Assembly: GCA_018224415.1 (NCBI GenBank)
Contig: JAGTUZ010000078.1
Span: 1-49,566 of the forward strand
Direction: 5' to 3'
Source: Bacteroidota bacterium
Lineage (GTDB): Bacteria > Bacteroidota > Ignavibacteria > SZUA-365
DNA length: 49,566 nucleotides
Position numbers and translations under genes: made by a program
Notes under the pieces: generated by a model
The model's input: only the letters and a program-made list of their open reading frames with translations
Databases searched by the model: none
Told to the model about the DNA's origin: nothing
In this document: positions 27,168-35,656 of the stretch, piece after piece
Layout: the number at the start of each line of letters is the position of its first letter
Position numbering within the stretch: the first letter of the stretch is position 1

Positions 27168-27959
27168 ATGAAAGTTGCTCCGCATGTTTGCGGGATGTAT
27201 TCGCTGTTCCTGCTTGTTGCTGTCCTTGTTGCCGCCTCTCCGGTGGACGCGCAGGGGCGTGGTGACATCCCCGCGCTGGTTGACAAGGCAAAGACCGGGG
27301 CCGTTGACGAAGTCCGCAAGCTGCTCCCCGGCCTGAAAAAATCCCATGCCGACAAGGCCGGCGTGCTGTTCCTCGAGGCGGTCACCGAGAGCAACGCCGA
27401 GAAAGCGGTGGAATTATTCCAGCGCATCGCCGACGAGCATCGAAACAGCGCCTGGGCCGACGACGCGCTGTACCGGCTCTACCAGTACAGCTTCGCGGTC
27501 GGTGCCTACCGTACCGCTCGGTCCTACACCGAACGCATCGCTGCCGAGTACCCGAAATCCCCTTTCCTGACGCGCGAACAACAGGCGGCGCCTGGAACGA
27601 AGACGGCTGAAGTGAAGGCCCCCCCGGTTGCGAAGGCCCCCCCGGTTGCGAAGTCGTCCTCTGGTGCTGCGTCACCTGCCGCCACGAAAGAGCAAGCGAA
27701 TACGGAGTCGGACGGTGGCAACGGAGCACAGAGCTATGCGGTACAGGTCGGCGCCTTCTCACAGCAGGCCGATGCGGAAACGCTGGCGGCCGCGTTGAAG
27801 GAAAAGGGCTATACGGCCTACCTCCGCGAGAAAACAGTTGGCGGGAAAACGGTGCAGGCTGTGTGGCTCGGGATTTTTACCGACTTGCCGCAGGCACAGG
27901 CCTTTGCCCGCAAAATCAAGGACCAGCAAAAGATCGACGCCATCGTCGTCCGGCGTTAG
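27168..27959 (+). CDS. SPOR-domain protein with TPR-like N-terminal region
   Basis: ORF 27081..27959 trimmed to ATG 27168 (MKVAPHVCGMYSLFLLVAVLVAASPVDAQ). Pro/Ala linker with an APPVAKAPPVAK duplication. C-terminal SPOR-like YAVQVGAFSQQADAETLAAALKEKGYTAYL. Confidence 0.75.
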   Translation: MKVAPHVCGMYSLFLLVAVLVAASPVDAQGRGDIPALVDKAKTGAVDEVRKLLPGLKKSHADKAGVLFLEAVTESNAEKAVELFQRIADEHRNSAWADDALYRLYQYSFAVGAYRTARSYTERIAAEYPKSPFLTREQQAAPGTKTAEVKAPPVAKAPPVAKSSSGAASPAATKEQANTESDGGNGAQSYAVQVGAFSQQADAETLAAALKEKGYTAYLREKTVGGKTVQAVWLGIFTDLPQAQAFARKIKDQQKIDAIVVRR

Positions 27960-27971
27960 CGAGGCCACAGG

Positions 27972-28763
27972 ATGAGATTTCTCTTTCTCGGTACGGCATC
28001 AGGCATGCCCACTGGCCATCGCCGGCACTCCTGCCTTCTCGTCGAGGAAAACGGGGAGCGTGTGCTGGTCGATGCCGGTGAAGGTGCGACAGCCGGATTG
28101 CTGCAGGCCGGTATCGACATCGATGGGATCACCCGGGTCGTGATCACACACACGCATGCGGATCATGTCACCGGTCTGCCGTTGCTGCTGCAGGGCATGC
28201 ATCTCGCCGGCCGGACGCGTCCGCTGTCGATCAGCGTGCCGCCCGGACGGGTGCAGTGGTTTCGTGACTGGCTGCGTGGCATGTACATTTTCACGGAGAA
28301 ATGGTCTTTCCCCTTCGACGTGCTGCAGTACGGCGACCGGGTGCACGAGGATGACGCCGGCGGCACGCAGGGCCTGCACATCCTTCCCTTCGCCAACGGA
28401 CATCTCGACAAGGTGCGCGATCTGGCGGCAAAGCATGACGTGCCTACCGGAAGCTATTCCCTGCACGTGAGCGGGAGGGGCGGCAGCGCGGTTCTCTCCT
28501 CCGACATCGCGGCGCTCGATGACGTGGCGGCCATGGCCGCGGGCTGCGATCTGCTGGTTGTCGAGAGCACTCATGTTTCCCAGGACGGGATCCACGCGCT
28601 CGCCACCGCGCATCCGGATCTGAGAATCATCTGCACGCATATTCCGCAGGAGATGGAGGACGCGTTGCCCGGGCTCGAGCGCCGCAGTGCGTTGCAGACG
28701 AAGGGGCGTATCCTCTACGCCAATGACGGTATGGAATTTATCCTGGAGAACGACACGGCATGA
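27972..28763 (+). CDS. MBL-fold metallo-hydrolase (RNase Z/ElaC-like)
   Basis: MRFLFLGTASGMP, metal motif ITHTHADH, and later HVS..D/H residues. Its stop overlaps the next start (ATGA at 28760..28763). Confidence 0.8.
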   Translation: MRFLFLGTASGMPTGHRRHSCLLVEENGERVLVDAGEGATAGLLQAGIDIDGITRVVITHTHADHVTGLPLLLQGMHLAGRTRPLSISVPPGRVQWFRDWLRGMYIFTEKWSFPFDVLQYGDRVHEDDAGGTQGLHILPFANGHLDKVRDLAAKHDVPTGSYSLHVSGRGGSAVLSSDIAALDDVAAMAAGCDLLVVESTHVSQDGIHALATAHPDLRIICTHIPQEMEDALPGLERRSALQTKGRILYANDGMEFILENDTA

Positions 28764-29935
28764 GTGAAGTGAGTACCAGTACGCTGGGCATATCTCCCGG
28801 CGACCGCCAGAGTTTTCAGCACAGGCACGGTATCATCGGCAAGAGCACCGAAATCCGTGAGGTTGTCGATACCATCATGCAGGTGGCTCCGACCGATATC
28901 ACTGTGCTTGTCACCGGGGAAAGCGGCACCGGCAAGGAGGTCATCGCCAAGGCCATCCATCAGGCGAGCAAACGTGTCTCGCGGAAGTTCATTCCGGTCA
29001 ACTGCGGCGCGATCCCCGAAGGCATTCTCGAAAGCGAGCTGTTCGGACACGAGAAGGGCGCATTCACCGGTGCCGTGGAAACGCGGAAGGGATATTTCGA
29101 ACTGGCGGATGGCGGAACGATATTCCTCGATGAAATCGGCGACACTCCGATCTCGACGCAGGTGAAGCTGCTGCGCGTGCTCGAGAGCGGTGAGTTCATG
29201 CGTGTCGGCAGTTCCGAGCCGCGCACGGCCGATGTCCGTGTCCTCGCCGCCACGAACAAGAACCTCGACGAGGAGGTCCGCGCACGACGCTTCCGGCAGG
29301 ATCTGTTTTTCCGTCTGCGCTCGGTCAACATCCGCATCCCCCCGCTGCGCAATCGCCGTGGCGACATTCCCCTGCTTGTGGAAGCGTTTCTCCGGTCGCT
29401 GGGTGGCAACGGGCGCGGTGCTGCTGCCGGTCAGGATATTCTCGTCACCGACGATGGCATGGCCGCCTTGATGCGTCACAGCTGGCCGGGCAATGTCCGC
29501 GAGCTGCGCAACGTGATCGAGAGCATTCTCGTACTCGAACGAGGCAATGTGGTCGACGAACGGGTAGTGACGCGCTACCTGCACGTCGAGGAACCCAGGA
29601 TCGACGACCGCTCCCTGCCGATGCATCTTGGCAAGGCACCCGAGCAGGCCGAGCGCGAACTGCTTTTCCGCCTGCTCTGGGAGATCAAGTCCGACCTCAA
29701 CGACCTCCGTCGTCTGGTCGGCGAGCTTCAGCAGCGGCCGCCGCTGTCGCTGCCAGCCGGTGATGGAGCGGAACATCCCTCGATCAGCCTCGACGACATG
29801 ACCCTCCGAGGCATGGAGGAGGAGCTGATCGCCCACACCTTGGAACGCTTCCGAGGCAATCGGCGTCTCGCGGCCGAGGCCTTGAACATCAGTGAGCGAA
29901 CTTTGTACAGAAAAATCAAAGATTATGGACTATGA
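28760..29935 (+). CDS. sigma-54-dependent transcriptional activator (AAA+ plus Fis-type HTH), no N-terminal sensory/receiver domain
   Basis: The AAA+ module starts about residue 24. Walker A GESGTGKE, sigma-54 contact loop GAFTGA, Walker B TIFLDEIG, C-terminal HTH ISERTLYRKIKDYG. Confidence 0.88.
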   Translation: MSEVSTSTLGISPGDRQSFQHRHGIIGKSTEIREVVDTIMQVAPTDITVLVTGESGTGKEVIAKAIHQASKRVSRKFIPVNCGAIPEGILESELFGHEKGAFTGAVETRKGYFELADGGTIFLDEIGDTPISTQVKLLRVLESGEFMRVGSSEPRTADVRVLAATNKNLDEEVRARRFRQDLFFRLRSVNIRIPPLRNRRGDIPLLVEAFLRSLGGNGRGAAAGQDILVTDDGMAALMRHSWPGNVRELRNVIESILVLERGNVVDERVVTRYLHVEEPRIDDRSLPMHLGKAPEQAERELLFRLLWEIKSDLNDLRRLVGELQQRPPLSLPAGDGAEHPSISLDDMTLRGMEEELIAHTLERFRGNRRLAAEALNISERTLYRKIKDYGL

Positions 29936-30459
29936 TGGCCGCCTTGCGTTCGTTTTGGATTATCTTGTATCTTGCTCCTGTGTTTCTTGGTGCCGTCAGC
30001 CTTGGCGGATGCGCCTATTCCTTCACGGGTGCGTCCGTTCCAGCACACTGGAAGAGTATCGCCATCCCATTGTTCGACGACGAAAGTAATTTCGGCCAGC
30101 CTTCGCTGCGCGAGGACCTGACCAACAAACTGATCGAGAAATTTCAGCAGGACAACACCCTGCAGCTGGCCGACCGCTCGTCGGCGAATGTCGAACTGAG
30201 AGGTGTCATCATCTCCGTCCTCGCGGACCAGCCCATCGCCGTTGCCCAGGGCGCGCAAGCCACGCGCCTGCAGGTGACCCTCAAAACGCGAGTCAAACTG
30301 ATCGACCATACCACCAACAAGGAAGTCTGGAACAAGGATTTCACCGCGACCGGCGACTATTCGGCGGCGGCGGGTCCTGACGGCCGGCTGCTGGGACTGG
30401 AAACAGCTCTGGAAAACCTGACCGACGATCTCTTGCTGGAAACGGTTTCCGCGTGGTAA
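29932..30459 (+). CDS. lptE: LptE-like outer-membrane lipoprotein
   Basis: Start overlaps the activator stop by 4 nt. Lipobox VSLGGCAYSFTG. The profile IPLFDDESN...LTNKLIEKF...LRGVIISV resembles LptE-family lipoproteins. Confidence 0.6.
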   Translation: MMAALRSFWIILYLAPVFLGAVSLGGCAYSFTGASVPAHWKSIAIPLFDDESNFGQPSLREDLTNKLIEKFQQDNTLQLADRSSANVELRGVIISVLADQPIAVAQGAQATRLQVTLKTRVKLIDHTTNKEVWNKDFTATGDYSAAAGPDGRLLGLETALENLTDDLLLETVSAW

Positions 30460-30498
30460 TTTTGTTATTTCAATCACTTCCGAGGTGAAACCGATATC

Positions 30499-31962
30499 AT
30501 GGAAGATTTTATACTGGGTGCGTACGTATTCTCGCTGAGCATCCTGTTCTTGTTCGGGTCTCACGGCTTCGTGATGATCTACTACTACTTCAAGAACAAG
30601 GACAAGAGGCCCGTCGGGAAGACACTCCTGGACGACAAGCCCATGGTGACCGTCCAGCTCCCGGTGTACAACGAATTGTATGTCGTAGAGCGACTCATCG
30701 ACGCGGTTTGTGCCCTCGACTATCCCAAGGACCGCCTGGAAATCCAGGTCCTCGACGATTCGAACGACGAGACAGTGGATATTGTCGCCGCCATCACCGC
30801 CGCCAGGCGCGAGGAAGGCTTCGACATCATACAGATTCGCCGGGAAGATCGTGTCGGCTTCAAGGCAGGCGCTCTTCGTTACGGGATGGAAACGGCCAAG
30901 GGCGAGTTCCTTGCCATTTTCGACGCCGACTTCGTTCCCCGCCCGGAATTCCTTTCCGCAACGCTGAGTCACTTCACCGACGAGCGCATTGGAATGGTGC
31001 AGACCCGCTGGGAACATCTGAACAACGAGTTTTCTCTGCTCACGCGCGCCCAGGGCATCGCCCTCGACGGGCATTTCGTGATCGAGCAGCAGGTCCGGAA
31101 CAAGTCCGGATTCTTCATCAACTTCAACGGCACGGCCGGTGTCTGGCGCCGGTCCTGCATCGAGGATGCAGGCAACTGGGAAGCAGACACACTGACCGAA
31201 GACCTCGACCTAAGCTACCGCGCGCAGTTGCGCGGCTGGCGTTTCGTGTTTCTCAACGACGTGACGTCGCCCGCGGAACTGCCCTCGGAAATCAATGCGC
31301 TCAAGTCGCAGCAGTTCCGCTGGACGAAGGGAGCCATCGAGACCGCGCGAAAGATCCTTCCCCGCGTCTGGAAGTCGAAACTTCCGCTTCGCGTCAAGCT
31401 GCAGTCAACCGTGCATCTGACCAACAACCTGGTATTCCCCTTCATCCTGCTGACCGGCATTCTCAACGTGCCCCTGGTTTTCATCAAGCACTCCGGGCGG
31501 CATGAGACGTTTTTTGCATTCATGTCCATTTTTGTTCTGGCCTTCATCAGCTCCTTCCTGTTCTATCTCTATTCACAGAAGGATGTTTACGTTGACTGGA
31601 AGAAGCGCATCTTTCTTTTTCCGCTGTTCATGTCCGGCAGCATGGGCTTTTCGGTCAACAATACCCGGGCGGTGCTCGAGGGACTGTTCAACCGCAAGAG
31701 CGCGTTCATCCGCACGCCGAAGTTCCATATCGAGACGGACAAGGACACGTGGAAAAACAAGAAATACCGCGCCGCCGGACGGAAGGTCTCGTTTTCCGTC
31801 GTATTCGAACTCGCGCTGGCGCTGTACTGCTTCGTCGGTGTTGTCGCTTCGATCTGGTTTCTCGAGATCGCAGCGCTCCCCTTCCAGTTGCTCTTCTTCT
31901 TCGGCTTCGGCTTGGTCGGTCTGCTCTCGATCCGGCATGCCGTCGGTCCCGATGGTGCGTGA
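30499..31962 (+). CDS. family 2 glycosyltransferase, membrane-integrated processive type
   Basis: N-terminal TM helix. Motifs QLPVYNE, LDDSND, FDADF and QQFRWTKG (QxxRW). About four C-terminal TM helices. Confidence 0.85.
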   Translation: MEDFILGAYVFSLSILFLFGSHGFVMIYYYFKNKDKRPVGKTLLDDKPMVTVQLPVYNELYVVERLIDAVCALDYPKDRLEIQVLDDSNDETVDIVAAITAARREEGFDIIQIRREDRVGFKAGALRYGMETAKGEFLAIFDADFVPRPEFLSATLSHFTDERIGMVQTRWEHLNNEFSLLTRAQGIALDGHFVIEQQVRNKSGFFINFNGTAGVWRRSCIEDAGNWEADTLTEDLDLSYRAQLRGWRFVFLNDVTSPAELPSEINALKSQQFRWTKGAIETARKILPRVWKSKLPLRVKLQSTVHLTNNLVFPFILLTGILNVPLVFIKHSGRHETFFAFMSIFVLAFISSFLFYLYSQKDVYVDWKKRIFLFPLFMSGSMGFSVNNTRAVLEGLFNRKSAFIRTPKFHIETDKDTWKNKKYRAAGRKVSFSVVFELALALYCFVGVVASIWFLEIAALPFQLLFFFGFGLVGLLSIRHAVGPDGA

Positions 31963-32014
31963 TCACCAAGAGAGCGTGTGATCACCTTCTCCGCAGTCAA
32001 CGCCAGCTATCACC

Positions 32015-32806
32015 ATGTTCGATGATATCGCCGCGCTTGAGCGTCACGTTGCCGCCAACCCTGCCTCGCCTCTGTTCGCGAGGCTTGCGTCGCTATACAT
32101 CGACGGCAACCGTCCCGCCCAGGCGCTGAAACTGTGCCTGCAGGGCAACCGTCTGCATCCGGATTATCCGACCGGGCTACTCATGACTGCCCGTGCACAG
32201 ATCATGCTGCGGCAGTACAGCGACGCGCGGCAGACGCTGCAGGAATTGCTTCGGCTGCTGCCGTCCTGCCGGGCCGCACAGAAGCTCGGCGAACGCATGA
32301 CCGAATTGGAGCTGGAATACCCACCGTATGCAGGCACCGCGACGGTGCTGATTTCGATGCAGGAAGTCGCACGCGAGGCGGGAGCCGACCGTCGCCTTCA
32401 GTGGAGTCATCAAGACGACATTCTTCCCGGCATCGAGCATTTTGCCGCACGTACGGAAGCCGATGAACCGCCTGAGGAATCAGGCCCGCGCATCACGGAA
32501 AAGGTCCCACCCCTGTTCGATCTCGGCGACCTTGCCCGACGGCTCGAAGGTGCACGAATCCCTGCGTTGCCCGAGGAACGTGAGGAAGAGTCGCAAGCGG
32601 ACGAAGCTCCTCCGACCGAAGAAATCAATCTCGGATCGCGTCCGGTGACGGAAACGCTTGCCGCGATCTATGAACAGCAGGGACGTCTGCAGGAGGCGAT
32701 GGAAGGTTATCAACGCCTCGCAATACTCCAGCCCGGACACCGGCAGCAATTCGAGGCGAAGGTGCAGGAGCTTCGCCTCCGTCTCCTTCAGCAGCAACAG
32801 CAGTAA
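32015..32806 (+). CDS. TPR-like repeat protein with an acidic linker and Gln-rich end
   Basis: TPR-like helices at both ends (ASLYIDGNRPAQALKLCLQGNRLHPDY; AAIYEQQGRLQEAMEGYQRLAILQPGH). Ends in QQQQQ. Confidence 0.55.
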   Translation: MFDDIAALERHVAANPASPLFARLASLYIDGNRPAQALKLCLQGNRLHPDYPTGLLMTARAQIMLRQYSDARQTLQELLRLLPSCRAAQKLGERMTELELEYPPYAGTATVLISMQEVAREAGADRRLQWSHQDDILPGIEHFAARTEADEPPEESGPRITEKVPPLFDLGDLARRLEGARIPALPEEREEESQADEAPPTEEINLGSRPVTETLAAIYEQQGRLQEAMEGYQRLAILQPGHRQQFEAKVQELRLRLLQQQQQ

Positions 32807-32826
32807 CAACACAACGGAGTAAACCC

Positions 32827-33366
32827 ATGCTGAATCCTGATCATGCCATGTTGGTCGTCATCGACGTGCAAGGCAAGCTTGCGGAGCTGGCCTGGCGGGC
32901 GGAGGCGATACAGAAGAACATCCGCATTCTCGTCGAAGGCATGAAGGTGCTCGAGGTTCCCGTCGTTGCGACGGAACAGTATCCGAAAGGACTGGGACCG
33001 ACCGTCCCCTCCATTGCGGAAATCCTCGGCGACGCACCGGTCATCGAGAAGGACACCTTCAGCTGCTGCGGGGATTTCGCCTTCGAGAAGCACATGCTGG
33101 AGATACACAAAACCGACGTGATTGTCTGCGGTATCGAGACGCATGTCTGCGTGTACCAGACAACACGGGATCTTCTGGCCCTCGGGTACAATGTGCATCT
33201 GGTTACCGATGCCGTCTCCAGCCGTACCGAAGAGAACTGGCGTCTCGGCATCGACGTCTGCGCCGAGCTTGGCGCGAAGAAAACCGGGACGGAGATGGTC
33301 CTGTTCGAAATGCTGCAGCGCTCCGGCACCGAGCAGTTCAAGGCCATCTCGAAGCTGGTGAAATAG
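32827..33366 (+). CDS. isochorismatase-family cysteine hydrolase
   Basis: MLVVIDVQ and the catalytic-Cys region VIVCGIETHVCV. Confidence 0.85.
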   Translation: MLNPDHAMLVVIDVQGKLAELAWRAEAIQKNIRILVEGMKVLEVPVVATEQYPKGLGPTVPSIAEILGDAPVIEKDTFSCCGDFAFEKHMLEIHKTDVIVCGIETHVCVYQTTRDLLALGYNVHLVTDAVSSRTEENWRLGIDVCAELGAKKTGTEMVLFEMLQRSGTEQFKAISKLVK

Positions 33367-33370
33367 AAAT

Positions 33371-33389
33371 CCTCTCCTGGAAGGAGAGG
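33371..33389. repeat. palindromic element copy 1 (cctctcc-tggaa-ggagagg)
   Basis: Read directly. 7-bp stem with a 5-nt loop. It shares the 19-nt core CCTCTCCTGGAAGGAGAGG with copy 2. Confidence 0.7.
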
Positions 33390-33420
33390 GTTCTCATGCC
33401 TTGCTGACCTCACCCCCCGG

Positions 33421-33445
33421 CCCCCTCTCCTGGAAGGAGAGGGGG
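33421..33445. repeat. palindromic element copy 2 (ccccctctcc-tggaa-ggagaggggg)
   Basis: Read directly. Perfect 10-bp stem with the same loop and core as copy 1, 50 nt downstream. Confidence 0.7.
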
Positions 33446-33456
33446 TGAATGGAATG

Positions 33457-33496
33457 AAAACAAAAGGGCTGCCCGTGCGGGCAGCCCTTTTGTTTT
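33457..33496. terminator. bidirectional intrinsic terminator between the isochorismatase and M16 genes
   Basis: aaaacaaaagggctgccc-gtgc-gggcagcccttttgtttt is a perfect 18-bp palindromic stem. It includes A- and T-tracts serving both strands. Confidence 0.8.
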
Positions 33497-33509
33497 ACGT
33501 TTGGAGGGC

Positions 33510-35627
33510 TCAGCTCTTGGGTTTGAACTGGGCGTCGTCGATGTCGGTGTTGTGCTTGTAGGAGGTAATGGTTGCCTTCATGTTCATGCCGGGATTTTCG
33601 ACCGTGATCGAGAACGGCAGCATCAGGCCGTCGACCTGGCGGTAATCGCCGATGGTTGTGGTGCTGCTCATCGGACCCTGCGGGGTTTCGGCGGTCTGCA
33701 CCTTGCCGACGAGCAGAAAGCGTTCGGCGTCGATGTGCAGTTCCTCGCTGTCGAATTTCTTCTTCAGCTGCAGCACATAGACGACTTTTCCGTTGATCTC
33801 CTTCTTCTCGGTCACGGTGGGCTGGTAGCCGAGTTCCTTCCAGCGCAGCAGGGAGTTGAACTGCTCGCTCTCGAGCGTCTTCGCGAGTTCGTCGCCGGCG
33901 AGTTCCGCTGTCGGCTGCATCGGCTGCCGCGACCAGGCCTTCTCGCCGTTCACCCACTGCTCGCTTTCCATGATCTGCGCGCCGCCACCCATATCGATGG
34001 AAAGCGTGAGCAGCTGGTATTTCTTGTTCGGAGCTTTTTCCATTTCCTTGAGAGAACCTTCGGCGGTCGCCGGACCGAAGGAAATACTCACGTCGCCCTC
34101 GGTGACGCGGGAAGTGATCTTCTCCAGCGTCGCGCGGCCGCCCAAGGCCTCGATGCTTTTTTCCATCAATGTCGGACCATCGATATCGACCGCGAAGCTC
34201 TGGGCGGCGGAGACGGGGTTCATATCCGTGTCGTACATGCGCACTTCACCCAGGGCGGACAGCGGTTCGCGGATCACGCTGGCGTCTCCGACGGCGAGGA
34301 AGGCGATGCGATCCGTCGTCAGATACTTCCGTGCTATGTTCTGAATGTCGTTGGGAGTGACCTTCATCAGGTTGCTGACGTAGGTCTTGTAGTAATCCTT
34401 CGGGAGGTTGTAGAGGAAGATGTTCTGCACCATGGTGGCGATGCTGCTGGCGCTTTCGAGTCCGAGAAGGAAGCGACCCGCCGCGTACTGCTTGTGCATG
34501 TCGAGGGTTTCTTCGTCGATCGGCTCGTTGCGCATGCGCTCCATTTCGAGCAGGATCTGCGTGAAGGCCGAATCGGTGGCGACGCGGCGCACGCTGGCGG
34601 AGGCCTGCCACAGGCCGGTGCTCTTTCGCGGTTCGAAGGTGCTGTATGCGCCGTAGGTAAAGCCATGCTTCTCGCGGAGGTTCGCGAAGAGGCGTCCGGA
34701 GAAACCGCCGCCAATAATGGAGTTCATCACCGATGCAGGGATGTAATCGGGATTGCGGCGCTCGATGCCGGTGACCTGTGCGGTGATGGCGGTCTGCGTC
34801 TGTGTCTTGCCGAGGTCGACCAGGTGCACTGTGCGACCGTCAATGCCCGCCGGCTTCGGGAAATTGTCCGATGGGAGCGTCCCCTTCTTCCAGCTTCCGA
34901 AATACTTCTTGATGACTGGAAGGATTTCCTTCAAGGTCACGTCACCCACGATGGCAAGTGACGCATTGTTCGGGATGAAATATTTCTCGTGGAAGTCGAC
35001 CAGCGCGCTGCGCGTGGTGTTCTCGACGTCCTCTTCGATGCCGAAATGCGAATACGGATGCGGGGCATAGCCGACTGTGATCTGCAGGCGGCCCATGACT
35101 GCGTCGGGGTCGCGCTTGACGGTCTTGAGGCCGGAGAGCGACTGCTTCTTCATCTTGTCGAGTTCGTCCTCGGGGAAGGTCGGATTGTACAGCGCGTCGG
35201 TCATCAGCGCGAGCAGCTTGTCCATGTTCTTTTTCAGGCCCGAGCCCGAAAGGGACATCTGGTCGTCGGCCGCGCCGGCGCCGATGCTGAGGCCGAGCTG
35301 GTCCTCTTCCTGGGCGAACTGCAGCTTGCTGCGCGTGGTGGTGCCGGCGGTGAGCAGTTCGGTCACCGAGGAGGCGATGCCGGAGACATCACCGTCGTAT
35401 TCCGAGCCTGATTTCACGAGCAGGCGGAAGGTGACCACGGGCTGGGCGGTGTTGGTGACCACAAACACCTTCAGGCCGTTGTCGAGCGTGGTCTCGTTGT
35501 AATCGGGGAAGGACGCCTTCGGGGCGGGACCCGGTTCCGGTTTCTTTGACCGGTCGATCTGTGCGTGCAGCTGGGCTCCGACGAACAGCAGGAGCGCCGA
35601 CAGCAGGAGAAAACGAAACGATTTCAT
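33510..35627 (-). CDS. M16-family peptidase-like protein, non-catalytic type, with a C-terminal extension of about 235 aa
   Basis: Signal peptide MKSFRFLLLSALLLFVGAQLHAQ. M16 N/C lobes but no HXXEH (SSVTELL at that position). Residues from about 470 to 705 form an extra beta-rich domain. Confidence 0.8.
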   Translation of the reverse strand: MKSFRFLLLSALLLFVGAQLHAQIDRSKKPEPGPAPKASFPDYNETTLDNGLKVFVVTNTAQPVVTFRLLVKSGSEYDGDVSGIASSVTELLTAGTTTRSKLQFAQEEDQLGLSIGAGAADDQMSLSGSGLKKNMDKLLALMTDALYNPTFPEDELDKMKKQSLSGLKTVKRDPDAVMGRLQITVGYAPHPYSHFGIEEDVENTTRSALVDFHEKYFIPNNASLAIVGDVTLKEILPVIKKYFGSWKKGTLPSDNFPKPAGIDGRTVHLVDLGKTQTQTAITAQVTGIERRNPDYIPASVMNSIIGGGFSGRLFANLREKHGFTYGAYSTFEPRKSTGLWQASASVRRVATDSAFTQILLEMERMRNEPIDEETLDMHKQYAAGRFLLGLESASSIATMVQNIFLYNLPKDYYKTYVSNLMKVTPNDIQNIARKYLTTDRIAFLAVGDASVIREPLSALGEVRMYDTDMNPVSAAQSFAVDIDGPTLMEKSIEALGGRATLEKITSRVTEGDVSISFGPATAEGSLKEMEKAPNKKYQLLTLSIDMGGGAQIMESEQWVNGEKAWSRQPMQPTAELAGDELAKTLESEQFNSLLRWKELGYQPTVTEKKEINGKVVYVLQLKKKFDSEELHIDAERFLLVGKVQTAETPQGPMSSTTTIGDYRQVDGLMLPFSITVENPGMNMKATITSYKHNTDIDDAQFKPKS

Positions 35628-35656
35628 GATGGTCTTATCCTGTAATTCGTGGAGTT

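Noticed and set aside
33501-34961. 486-aa plus-strand ORF.
   Set aside because: It is antisense to the M16-like gene and has a low-complexity composition (G/A/D/V/R). It is a shadow ORF.
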